Shown here one piece after another: positions 1 through 13,300 of a DNA stretch of 64,000 bases. The notes beneath the pieces were generated by a model. That model worked only from the letters and a program-made list of their open reading frames with translations, had not been told where the DNA came from and ran no database searches. The first letter of the stretch is position 1. Every line of letters starts with the position of its first letter. Source of the DNA: Phoronis australis. Its lineage: Eukaryota; Animalia; Phoronida. A program made the translations under genes and the position numbers. The DNA is taken from the NCBI GenBank assembly GCA_002633005.1, contig NMRA01000393.1:131828-195827 (forward strand), given 5' to 3'.

Positions 1-1122
1 AACCTGACACCCCGTACCCCTCTGCTTTAATTCTAGGCACTAGAAAATGTCCGTGGCTGTACCCTGTTTAGTGCTATGCAGGTTCGTCACCCAGCCTCAA
101 GATGGCGGTTATCGGCTTAGACATTTGAGGCTTTGTCAGGAGATATCCCTTCTGCGCTTTGATTGGCTGTTGACGACTGACAAGAGCGACACAAGAAACC
201 TTCAAACATTTGAATCTCTGAATACTTAAATACCAGTTGTGTCCATACTTTTTGATGAGATAAATTGGATTATTTTTAACAGAAACTAAACAAGATACAA
301 ACGCAGATCCTGCTAACCGTATCTTCACAGTCGTAATTGTTGTTGCTGCCATTCGGAGGCAAAAGATACTGTTATCGTTTTTGTTTGAAATAAAAGGTGC
401 TCGCGTACTTATTGTCCATTGTGTTCTATTGAAAGCACCATACGGATAATCCTGCTTTCGAATTACAATGCATCCATTAGATAAATTTTTGAAACTCAAA
501 ATGTGCATGAGACAGCTGTTATGTAAGATTACCCTCTACATGGGCTCCGGCAAGACATATCAATTATGTTAGCGGTAGCCCTTGTCAGGCCATTTGTTTT
601 GGAACAGTGTCTGATTGCAGGAACTACTTTCCGCAGAGCAATACACGTTCCATGAAACTGGCAACTTCGAACTACTGTATTCGTAGGCCAATTTTTGTGC
701 TTCAAAAACGAAGGTTTCCAGTAATTAAGATGCACAAACTTTAAAACACGGAAAAGCAACTTAAGCTATCCGAAGCAATGCTTCAGTAAAGCCAGGCAGC
801 TGTGTGGTTTGTAACCTGAGTCAATAAACCCAACACGCTGAGCATGCTACCATCTAGACTAACAGTGGGGAACTGAGGAAAGTCGGTTTGTGCGCCGTGA
901 GATCAAAGGAAACATCGCTGGCCATGGGCATCGGACAGGCTTTGCTTTTGCTTTTCCGAATTACGCCTAACCCATTTTTTCAATGAGCTCAACCTAAATT
1001 GATGCATTAATACCACTCATTTTGATTGTTGTATTATACTACAGCAAATTCCAGAAGTGATATAACTTAATATCACTCGTGATATAACAGCCATTTCCTT
1101 AAAAATATTCAGCATTCTGACT

Positions 1123-1578
1123 CAGCATTGTCCCCAAGCCTCGAGATGGAGCTGATCGGTTTAGCCATTTGAGGCTTGCTTATGGGAATGAAATGTGTCA
1201 GAATTCTAACACATTTTTACGGAAATCGTAGGTGATATCGCGAGTAATAAAATTTTTAATTTTCCTCGAGTTTTATACAGAAATGAAAACTTAACGACAT
1301 ATTGCCGCAAATTATTGCAAAAAAGATGAATTTTGATTCAAAAACAGATTACTTTTGATGATACTATTAGGAATTGAAAATAAGTACGCGAACAACCTTT
1401 ATTTTAAACAATAACCAAAACAATGTCTTCCACGTCATGAATTGTAGCAACAACGCCTGTGAAAATAATTAAATGACGTCAAGGCAGCGGCCAATCATTG
1501 CGCAGAAGGTAATTCCCATAGTCAAGCCTCAAATGGCTAAACCGATCAGCCCCATCTTCAGGCTTGGGGACGAGGCTG
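1123..1578. mobile_element. MITE with ~60-bp TIRs and 10-bp TSD (AcademH- or MULE-like)
   Basis: CAGCATTGTCCCCAAGCCTC...GGCTTGGGGACGAGGCTG flanked by CATTCTGACT at 1113-1122 and 1579-1588. Related arms at ~90-140, 1957-2017, 23200-23312, 54424-54510, 59240 and 59880-59920. Confidence 0.85.
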
Positions 1579-3701
1579 CATTCTGACTACACACTTTCAC
1601 GGTGTTGTTTAACATGGCTTCTCATTTGTTAAAATGATGAAACTGATGTCATAACATTCAGTCATTCGAACTGGTTGAAATTTTGGAAACCCCTTTCAGT
1701 ATATTGTTCCGTAGTACGGCTACCACCTTTGACTTGAATAGTTGCAACCCTGATCTAGTAGCTTAAGCCCAAACAAGTATAGTGCATAGAAGGCGTATGC
1801 AGATGGTGGCAATGTGATCGATAAATTTCTGACCAAGCATGCGCATTGATGCACACCCACGGAATTCCGTGGGTCGTCCATCATGTTTCCACAGGTAGCA
1901 CTTTTCAGTATAGGTGGTGCTGTGATAGAGGATATATTCGGACACGTTTGATTTTCCCAAACCAAGCCTGAAATGGCTAAACCGATAAGCGGCATTTTGA
2001 GGACTGGGGACGAGGCGGAGTGCTACCCTGCGTGTCCGGTATGGGAAGAAGACACGCAGGTATCATTCAGCATCACCCATTTTATCACTGGTTGGTGTAA
2101 CCTCAGCGGTCATTGGTTATATGGTACCCTACGTGCCTAGCCAGCACGCAGGTATCGCGCTTCAGTGGCACGCGCTTTAGCATTGGTTGATGTAACCTCA
2201 GCACTTATGTCTCGTTTTCTTGGACTTATTGTTTCTCCGCCAAGCGGAGGCTCCCTCGAGCCCCCCGAGCCCCCCACTCGGGTGCGCGCATGCAAACAGA
2301 AACTCCGTAAATCTTAAATGATACTAGCGTGTCCTCTTCCCCCTAGCGGACACGCAGGGAACCAATTAACGAGAGTGTTACTATTTTCAATGAGAGCACG
2401 TGCTTATGGCTAGATTTTTCACAACTACTGAAGTGATACCCACATAAAGTGAGTTTTAGGAATCCGCAACAGTTGCCAGTTGTGTGAAAGGTCAAACTCT
2501 GATCCTGCTCATGCCGTACACTCGTTATCGGTGAGTATTGTTGCTGAGCAGCCACTGGCAGACTGCACTTTTATTGCTTTACTAAATCACAACTAGTAGT
2601 TATTCCTTCAGGTGAAACGCCTTGTTATCAGCAAAACATAATAAATAATCGATAATGGAAAGCGCCATGGTTGGTTTATTCTCAATGTTATGAGCTTCAC
2701 GTAGTGACACCAGTTGAGTTGATAAAAACAGGTAATCAGGTTTCCCAGGGCGCTAAACTACCAGAAATTTACAGGATACTCTGAATATGAGGTGTCCCTC
2801 AATTTTCACCATTCTGTCGGTTCAAACAGTATTCACTCTCCAGGACAACACAACTTTCAACCATACCCCGAGTTGCCACAATTCTAGGTATCCCCTCCTC
2901 CCGTCGCCATCAACTTTGCTTCCCATCTGTTGCCCTCTGTCACAAAGCTGGATCATGTGAACTTAAGGTAAGGGTCCCGTGACTGCTACAATTTTTGGAG
3001 ACGCACTCGCACAGAACATGATCAAATTCCCGCCTTACGGTGTTAAATGTTTTTACTTTAGATGTGTTTTGATCGAAATGTCTGCGAGAGCTCAATTCTG
3101 AAATATATTAAGTTTTGAAGTCGTAGTCAGTGGCAGTTCTGTGTTGCTATAGGGTGCGTGTAACATCTCTTTACGACAGGACCATTTCCTAAGGTCGTTT
3201 GTTCCGTTGTGAGATCTCGAGCAGGCTACCGAAATTCTTACAATTAGGCCCTACGCGCAAAATCTTACTAGTAAAAGGCGAGTGTTGGTCAGGAGCTTAC
3301 TTCGCTGGTTCCCGCGACAGGCTTGGGAACAAAAGTTTAGTCTTAGCGCAAGTACCCGCAGGACGTTGGAAGTTTATTGGAGTGCCATAGTTAACGGTAT
3401 TGAGACTACAGAAATCATAAGATTGTGGGATGAGAAAGTCGAAGTATGGCATAGTAATCATTGATTCCATTACTTATGGGACGATTTCCGGCCGCGAGTA
3501 GTTTGGCTTGGATCTGCGAAACTCATCGTTGGCAATAGTACTCCGTATCCATGGATAAGGCTCTATTAACTGAACGTTATTTTGGTCACTTTATGGTGTC
3601 CAAACGTTTGGGTTGTTTAAGTTTGATCTCACTGATGTTGGAGTATAACTAGTACATGATGGTAATCAGTTTACGTACTTACTGCCACGAGAGGTTGTGT
3701 T

Positions 3702-3879
3702 GTTATGTTTACTGACCCCAGTACACTATAGTTATGTTTACTGACCCCAGTACACTATAGTTATGTTTACTGACCCCAGTACACTATAGTTATGTTTACT
3801 GACCCCAGTACATTATAGTTATGTTTACTGACCCCAGTACACTATAGTTATGTTTACTGACCCCAGTACATTATAGTTA
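3702..3879. repeat. Minisatellite, 29-bp unit x6
   Basis: GTTATGTTTACTGACCCCAGTACA(C/T)TATA. Confidence 0.95.
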
Positions 3880-4243
3880 AAACGACCCTTCAGCAGCCTT
3901 AAGTCACTTAAGCATTTCTTAACTTGAAACCTGTAGGAATGTCCAAATATTACTTTGTTCTAGTGTTAACCAAGGAGGAGCCTGGTTCATCATCCTTTGA
4001 CGATGTTACTAGTTACTGGCCGATTAGCGTTAATTTGCAAAGTAACCGTACATGAAGTTATTGATGAGAGAGAATTCACTGTTTCTTTTGCAGTGTCTCC
4101 CTATTGACTTGTTTTACAAAGCGCGCTCCCCAACATTGATAATCGTACACGTCTGAAGGCTTAACTTATCCAATGAGGTCCAGTGTCAGTTAACAAGCGT
4201 GTTCTAAGCACATTTGAAGATGTTACACGATGTTTATTTGCAG

Positions 4244-4324
4244 AAGATTTTGGAGCCTGGTTTAACCAAGCCACAGAAACGCTGAGCAACCATGAAGTGA
4301 ACGTGAAGTCCCAAGATTTGTGTA
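4244..4324 (+). CDS. LGR exon: LDLa-LRR linker (xDFGAWFNQATETLSNHEVNVKSQDLC)
   Basis: ttgcag acceptor, gtaagc donor, 81 bp, phase 1/1. Joins in frame to the LRRNT exon and resembles the RXFP GDxxGW linker followed by Cys. Confidence 0.7.
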
Positions 4325-7300
4325 GTAAGCGTCACGTTAATTGGTAGAAAAGGGAAAGCGTGGTTCGATTAAACAGAACTTGGCAATCCTTATCACTGCA
4401 ATTATGATTTGGTGTTTCTGTTGTGTTTTAAGTAGCCTTTGATCCCGACCTCTAAATTTGATGGTTTGGTACCTTCTGGGCGCGCACCTTCTAATTACGG
4501 TTTTAAAACACATAGATACCTTTAGTTTTGGTATGATAACAACTTAGAGCTGGTTGGATTTTAGTTGTCATCTACCCTGTAAATGACCAACCAAAGTATG
4601 GTATTTTAATTTCAGAATTATTTGGCTATCTAAATGATGACTCTATGTGAACTTGTGTGTACATGGTTGGATTAGACGTATTCTTGTATTTTTTGTAACT
4701 GTTACATGTACCTGGAGGACAATAGCGTCTGTCCTGATTCAGTTTTAGAGTGACAACTTTGGAAGATAGAAACACCAGCTAATTTGGTAAAGAATTTCAT
4801 TATGATTGGTTTTGACTCTTGGTCACCTCGGGGATTTATTATTGAACAATCGTACTTGTTAAATTTACTGCTGCCGACAACGAAGCATTAATGAATATTG
4901 TCAACATTTTCATTCTCCACCTTTTTGTTACTAAATTTGGTGTTGTTTTCCAAATCCACCAAAATAGGATGAACACCTTAATTCATTCAGAATGGCAAAT
5001 TCATGGTTTCGGAACCGGCACAGATATCAGATTCCAGGAACTTGTTCTGTTTTGGTATAAATGTAGAAAAATCCAAGTGAATGACAACCCTTTCCTAAGA
5101 ACGTTCTTGAAAAGAAACAATAGTCTTGAGATTCGTAGCTGTTTGGACGTCATGTCTCGATCAGAGACCTCTGTCGTCATGCTATGGTACTTATGAAAAT
5201 GACATGTGGTTTTAATGGGAAATTGGAAATTCTGTCTTCCCCCATGAATTAACACACCGAAGTTCTTTTGTTGTTCTAGTTCATTTCACTTGTGTATGTT
5301 TCGCAATCGAAGCGGCTTCTGTAAAAAAATTCCATTAGATGCTGCACTGTTTGAATTTTTTTTTTCGTTCTACCAGCCGAATTTTCCGCTCAGTTTCCGC
5401 TCAATTTACGAATTGTAAAGGTGATGGGAGGCGATTATCTTCCACTTAATACGCCTATGCTNGAAAATTCTGAGACCAGGCGAACTTTCGTCATGGAACA
5501 ATCGTACTTGTTAAATTTACTGCTGCCGACAACGAAGCATTAATGAATATTGTCAACATTTTCATTCTCCACCTTTTTTGTTACTAAATTTGGTGTTGTT
5601 TTCCAAATCCACCAAAATAGGATGAACACCTTAATTCATTCAGAATGGCAAATTCCTGGTTTCGGAACCGGCACAGATATCAGATTCCAGGAACTTGTTC
5701 TGTTTTGGTATGAATGTAGAAAAATCCAAGTGAATGACAACCCTTTCCTAAGAACGTTCTTGAAAAGAAACAATAGTCTTGAGATTCGTGGCTGTTTGGA
5801 CGTCATGTCTCGATCAGAGACCTCTGTCGTCATGCTATGGCACTTGAAAATGACGTGTGGTTTTAATGGGAAATTGGAAATTCTGTCTTCCCCCATGAAT
5901 TAACACACCGAAGTTCTTTTGTTGTTCTAGTTCATTTCACTTGTGTATGTTTCGCAATCGAAGCGGCTTCTGTAAAAAAATTCCATTAGATGCTGCACTG
6001 TTTGAATTTTTTTTTCGTTCTACCAGCCGAATTTTCCGCTCAGTTTCCGCTCAATTTAAGAATTGTAAAGGTGATGGGAGGCGATTATCTTCCACTTAAT
6101 ACGCCTATGCTAAAATATGGTTATGCAAAGAATACGCAAGTGATCGAAAACGACGAAAGTCGTTAAAACTTATTTGAAACAGTTATGGTTAACTGGAACC
6201 GTTGCTCTGCAAAATGTCATGTTCCATTTGAAAATCCAAATGTCTGTCAATAACAAGATTTTTTAAATTACGGCTAACTTAACGAGCATGCGCGATACCA
6301 TTCTGTTAGATGTATTACTAATGATCATTTCCCTATTAGTAGTCAAGAACCTCAAAGTTCATTATATAAGGCAGCCATGTTAGAATCAAATATGGCGCCG
6401 TTACTAATTGTTTTGACTAAGGAAGACCTAGCGTGTAATGAGCATAACATGTTTATTTTTGCTTCCCGAGTCTCGGAGCTTCGACTAATTTTTTAAACTT
6501 ATTCGGTATTGAAAATCACCATGACGACCATTTAGCCAGGAGAATAGACTGGTTATTCATACTAATACATCAAACACGGATAGTGTTGTGATGTGGTCAA
6601 ATGTCTCCGACCTAGATGGTGGTCATCATTTGATAAGATCTAAGACTAGAATAAAATCATTTCAACGTAAGCCAAGTTGAAATCCAGCTTGGTGGCACTC
6701 GTTGAAATTGATAATTTTTTTAAATACCTTTGTGTTGTAATTATGCAAGAAGGAAATAACAATGAAAAATTGTCAATTTATGCGAGCTTTATTTACCCCG
6801 TTGTGAACATTGAAATGCATACTGTCATGGCTTCCATCTTGAAGTCACAGATGTTTTCCAATCAAAAGATATTTTGGAAATGTTATGTTTATCTTAAAAC
6901 ACGATAGTAATATGCGTAGTCATGCAAGTGTTGAGGGGGTATTTAGATTAATGATTCTTGAGGTACAAAATTTTAGTCTCCACCTACCAATACATGTAGA
7001 CTAAAACGAGGCGTGAACAGCATGATCATCAAATGCAAATTTGGAGTAGAAACTCGTTTGCATTGCCATAGTGTACTCGAGCCCAGACTAAGAGACACTT
7101 ACCTGAAGTACACACAAAAATACAGCGGAAAATGCCAAACATAATTTCGACTGGCTTCTGGCCACTTGCGTGTCAAACTTTACTCGAGGATAGACAACAA
7201 AATTTGACGAATCGAGTGCTACGCCTCGGGCAACTTGTTTAAGTTCCACGCAAAGTGATTGGTCAATTTTCGAGTGGAGTCTTGCGAGTTAAGTTTGATG

Positions 7301-10300
7301 ATCACTGCCATTAATGTACATTATTTTCAGTTATCAACCACCCCGCCGAGTGCCGCTGTTTTGATAATTCAACTGTTGACTGTAGGAAAAGAGGACTTAC
7401 CTCTGTTCCGACCAACTTATCTCCAGAAACTACAAGATTGTAAGTACTATACATCAGTTTCTGGTAATGAACGGATACAATGCAACCATTGCCAAAATTT
7501 GTTGTTTTTTTTGCATAATCGCGCTCACCAAGTTGTTCATGTATAACTGTCCCAAGCCTTTATATCAAAAGCAAAGCATTGCAATAAAACCTATTTCCAA
7601 GTATCTGCTGTACTTCGTACCCGCCGTGTATACACTGTACATTACAGTGTAGCTTGTGTTCTTCATTGACGGACCTCTCTATATTGTTCATAAGCCAATG
7701 AAACGCTCTAAAACAACAACTGAATTAACAAAAGTCAGATGTTATAGACAAGAACGTATACCCTGTAATACCTATGAGAGTAAGTAACAGAATAAATACA
7801 ATAAAACCCCCGAGAGAGCAGTGTTGGATTGACCAATTGAAGACACGAGATTAACGATTTGTATTCCTCCTCTCAGTTTTGTCTTTCCCATGTATGCTAA
7901 AAGCAAACCGTCTCTCAAATATCAATCATCAGATCATGCTTAGTTTCATTTTATTGTTTCCATGTTTTATGGGCAAAGATTGGTTGATCTCGATGTAATC
8001 CCTAGGCTGGTTCAATAAAAGCCCTTGTTTCTAGCATTGTCTCAAGACAACTAGAAATTAACGCATACATTACAGAAAGCGTACTCGGTGGGGTTTCTCC
8101 AGGATGAAGGAATTCGACAAGCCACTTTCTTTTGCGTTTGCTACTTCCACCGTAAAACTTAAAATGTCGAAAATGATCATGAATGCGAATTTGACATTTT
8201 TCTCTTCAAAACCACAACCTGCCTCTGCTCGGAGGCGGAGACAGTAATCCTAATTTTCTTGCTCTGTAGATTCCAGAATATAGTTTAAAATAATACGTCA
8301 TTATCAATCAGATTTTGTCCATTTTCCATCCGTCTGAAAGGTACATGTACCTGTATCCTCAACGAAAGCCCCACGTTGAACAAGGAAGTGCTATAAAATG
8401 CGGGACTCCTGCCTCCCGTTCAGTAATGCTAGGACCTCGCTAAAAAGCAAGACTTCGCGAGATTACGTGAGATATTGCCGTGCATTTTAAATGAGAACAC
8501 GTGACGTTGACTAGGTTTTAGCTAGGTCCTAGCGTAGGTCCTAGCGTCTACTGAACGCACGCCCGGTTCCATGTAGAGCACAGCAGAAGCTAGGCGTGCG
8601 TTCAGTAACGCTAGGACCTAACTAAAATCTAGCCAAAGTCACGTGTTCTCATTTAAAATTCACGGCAACATATCACGTAATCTCGCGAAGTCTTGCTTTT
8701 TAGCGAGGTCCTAGCTTAACTGAACGGGAGGCTGGTGTATGTTCAGTAACGCTGGGACCTAGCTAAAATCTAGCCAGTCACCTGTTCTCATTTAAAATAC
8801 ACGGCAATATCTCACGTAATCTCGCGAAGTCTTGCTATTTAGCGAGGTCCTGGCGTTACCGTACGGGAGGCAGATTTTGTTGTTAGCTTTACCGAAAACA
8901 ACTTCAAATGACTAATGAATTCCGTTCGTGGCTATGGTTACTGACTGTTCATTTGCCCCATCAAACTAGACGCACTCTAATGTTTTCAGTTTGGGCGGAT
9001 TTACTAAGATCAGAACTTAACCGTGACTTAAGACCTGCTGACAATATTTATATTTGAAAATTTCAAATTGTCTTATTTTTTTCATTATTTTAAGTTTTTG
9101 GCAATACTTGAAACGACTATAACTCCCCCATCCGTCACTTTTGATTTAGACTACTTACCGTTACCGATGTTGTCTTGAATTGGAACAGTTTTATAGCAGT
9201 ATGTGACCTAAATGAAAAGTTAGTTTTTTCGACGGAGCGCCACGTTACCAAAACCGGCCGTATGGGGATGGTTGTGGATTAAGACAAATTATGGCTTACG
9301 GTGAAGCGGATATCATTTACATAAAAATGCACGTGCGACATTTTTTCGGCATTTTGGTGTGGTTGCAACGTTGCTCAGTTTAGACCCCTTTACGCAGTAG
9401 CTTTGGTAGACAACGTGCATATTATTTTAGTGAAATAAGTAGCGTGTAGACACTTTGTTTCGTGTTCATCTCAACGCTAATCCATCGCGACTCTTTTTCA
9501 GGGTAATGGGTAGTAACAACTTCAAACTACTCCCGTCCGAAGTGTTCAAAAACCTAAAACAGCTTCGTGTATTGTAAGTCAAAAATGTTTGTCGTTACTA
9601 GACATTTACAACAAACATCTTGAACAAGTAAATACATGGCAAGGTTTTCATTTGCCGCATCAAGTCTTGATCTTTCAATTCCTGCTGAAAATGCTTATTC
9701 GATACCTGATTAATACGATCTTTTTACTACATTTTCACCGTTCCATGTTCAATCATATTTAGTTTGAAAAGCATGCAAGCATCTCTGAGAACTATTTTTT
9801 TTGAGGTGATCATTGTTTCAATATGATCTCTTATTTACAGATCCCTTGATGAGTGCCACATTCGAACAATATTGCCAAAGGCTTTTGACGGACTTGAAAA
9901 CTTGAACACGTTGTAAGTAGTGCTATTCTTTGCATAAGGCACACATACTTCTTTCTACAAAATACGTTGCATGGAATGTGTAGCCTACGCCATCAGCATT
10001 TGTTGCTTTGGATGTTGAGCGGATGTCATCTTTTCATAGGAAACTAAAGGGCTTTACAATACAGCGTGTGTAACGTTGCGCGTGTAATCTTAGGCGAGGA
10101 TAAGTATGACTTATATACTGCACAACATTGTCGAGCGTACGTCATCTTTCCGTAGTATAAGCATGACTTATACAGTACGTTGCTTAGAAAGTTGAGCCTA
10201 TGTCATTTGCGTGGAGGTGTAACTGATTGCTACTGTCTAAGGTGAAAACTGACGAAATTCTTCACACAAAGAAGTGCTCTTGGCAAACCTGGGGCGGAAA

Positions 10301-13300
10301 ATTAAGTTGTAAATAGTAGGATTATACGGCTCCTCAGGATTGAAAGTTATAAGAAAGTTTTGGGATTCCGACAGCTGAGTAAAATGATGGAAAACAGTTG
10401 AATGTTATGTTTTCTAGAATAATGAGTTAATAACATACATGTTCTGCATATGACAAAAAGCACAGCAGGATATCATTGTTGAGTCTCACTCTCATGTTCC
10501 CCGCATTACCCCCACTTCGCATGGAAATGTCAAATAATGAGGGGGGGTCCTGGAAAATCGGTGACTTGCGCTCTAAAATTTTATGGAATTTTAAACCGAT
10601 TAACTTCGTTCCAGAAAATTTGCGCGTATCAAGTTTTCACGTACTTTCAAGACGTATTGAGATATGTCCATTTCCAAGTGAGTGAAGAAGATAAATGCTA
10701 AACATTTTGTGTAAAAATCTTTGCTGCATGTTAAACTGTCTATCTTTCGGTATTTTGCCCTAATGTGGAGAGAAACTGCACCACCCCACCCTCTTCCCCT
10801 CTTTGACCTGCCTAATACACACAAGCCAGTAGCTAACAAGGTTTCGCCCTTAACGCGTACTCTTTATATAAGGGGATGTGCTCTAAGGCCGCGTTCCTAT
10901 GCTTTCATTTACTTGCATGTACTAATCCAACCAACGCAACTTGTAACTGGGCTTTACCTACATCACATTTACCTGGAGAGACATGCTGCTGTACATCGCA
11001 TACGTGAGGCACAATTACATATCACCCATGCATAAATTTATCCGAGGATGTCGTTCTACACATCGCTAATGGAAACATTTTTCGTGAGAGGCACAGTCAC
11101 ACGTTGCATATGAATGGTTTGATCCGGGGAAGTGCAGTTATATATCGCCTTTGGGCGCATTTATTCAGGGACTGAAGCGTTGTCGCATCACGCCTGTGGT
11201 ACTATTCATCCATCGAGGCCCCGTTTTAATATTCAGGGCGATGACAGTTACTAATCCTTGTTATGTGGACACATTCTTTTCAGGATGTTGGACAACAACT
11301 CATTGGAAACTTTCGCAAGAGACACTTTTACGCACACTCCAAAATTGAAGTGGCTGTAAGTATCAAGTTTTTCTTCTATTTGTGTATGCAATATTCCATT
11401 AAGAGTGTTAATATACCGATACTTCTGTCCTCTGATTGGCTAAAATTCAGTATAATAACTTCCGTTATGAGATGGTTAGACTAGTTAGACATGGAATATC
11501 ACTTTGTTTAGGCCACTCGGACGTAAGATGTCGTTCTTCGTGATCTGAGCAATTACAATCTGCAGAAATAAACCAATGATTGTATAAAGAAAGCGAGCTG
11601 ACGGTGACAGTACATGAGACCAAACAAGAATTTGCCGAATGTCACCTTCGTGAAAGGCAAATCTTGTTAATATAATTAATAAGCAAAATATTCGTGTCAA
11701 AGATGTTACGTGCAGTGTTGACTGATTGTCCCTTCAACAGGTTTATTAGTCACAACAGAATGGAACATCTACGGATCGACAGTTTTAAGGGTCTTCACCT
11801 CTTACAGTGGATGTAAGCATTTTGTCAATTTCTCGTGTTACCATTTCTCCAGCCACGCCCCCATTGAGCACGTGCATCAGTGTATTCTAGCGGATTGTCG
11901 GACCGACCTTAAGCAACTGGAAACTGGGACGTAAATATTACGTCCTATGTTGTCATTCTGGTGAAGCTTATCTTATATCTAATTTTGATAACTTGTCGTT
12001 TAATTAAATATACATTGTGTTGCACATTTTTATTATCAGTGCATGCGTGCACCCAGGGGGGGCTCGGGGGACTCGAACGAGCACCCCCCCCCCCCATTTG
12101 GCGAAGTGGATAAAAAGGTCCGCCTCAGAGAAACAAAAAGTCCGAGAAAATGAGACAAAAGTCCACTAAAAAGGCGCAGACGCACAGTTCACAGTTCTGA
12201 ATGTGGTACCCCGTTTTTTTAGTCCTCCCGCTTTTTTGTTAGCAAAAGTTCCACTTCGTCAGAAATTCGAACCGCCCCTCCCCCCCTATTAAAGGCTGGG
12301 TGAGCGCTTGCAATGCATAATTAACATTCAATGCGTTGTCTCCGAGAGTGGTCGCTGAGTACACCAATGAATGGAAAACGTTTTGCACGAAATGCAAGAT
12401 TGTCTCGAAATCAAGCAGATCATGTGTAGTTAAGACAGTCCAAACGGTGGCGCTAGGTGTTTACTCGTACTTTTTGTTTTAGTTCTTTACTCAACAACCG
12501 CCTCACGCTTGATGATGACTTTCCAATGTCCGTCACTCTGAGTTGGCTGTAAGTATTTGGTGACTTTCCAACGTGCAGTGCTCTGTGTTGGCTGTAAGTA
12601 TTTGGTGACTGTCCAACGTGCAGTGCTCTGTGTTGGCTGTAAGTATTTGGTGACTGTCCAACGTGCAGTGCTCTGTGTTGGCTGTAAGTATTTGGTGACT
12701 GTCCAACGTGCAGTGCTCTGTGTTGGCTGTAAGTATTTGGTGACTGTCCAACGTGCAGTGCTCTGTGTTGGCTGTAAGTATTTGGTGACTGTCCAACGTG
12801 CAGTGCTCTGTGTTGGCTGTAAGTATTTGGTGACTTTCCAACCTGCAGTGCTCTGTGTTGGCTGTAAGTATTTGGTGACTGTCCAACCTGCAGTGCTCTG
12901 TGTTGGCTGTAAGTATTTGGTGACTGTCCAACCTGCAGTGCTCTGCTATCCTTTTAGTGAGTGACATGTATGTAAAGGATAAACAAAAGTAAAATTCATT
13001 TGCCTACTACATATTCTAAATTACGCCATAAACATGTTCTTCTTTCAAGTGGTGCGTTTTCATGCCTTCAACATAACAGAAACATACCTTCATATAAAAA
13101 TAACGGTTTCAGCATATAATGTGACCAAATATTAATGTTCAGAACTAAGATCTCGAAAACGTTGTTATTGTTTTCGAAGTTGCCATTTCGTTTTCATTTT
13201 ATGCAACTTTTCATTTTTTTTTTTCATAAAAATCATCAAAGTCCAATTTCTTATAGCTCCTCGTACTAAAGTGGAAAGTTTAAAAATCCATTCAGTTATT

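Noticed and set aside
3702-3879. CRISPR-like 29-bp repeats
   Set aside because: Head-to-tail with no spacers, in a eukaryotic context
1-4243. LDLa/signal-peptide exons of the LGR
   Set aside because: Candidate AG/GT segments (e.g. ~2612-2731, ~3964-4041, ~4094) lack the six-Cys/DE LDLa pattern or contain stops
4891-5903. Paired similar ORFs suggesting tandem genes
   Set aside because: They come from the haplotype-like duplication, differ by stops and frameshifts, and have no domain
10615-10677. Possible extra LGR exon (ccag...gtgagt)
   Set aside because: No LRR pattern, and the frame I read as open is not the phase-2 frame of the LRR series
12533-12967. ORFs with 15-aa repeats on both strands
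   Set aside because: Product of a stop-free 45-bp minisatellite within an LGR intron
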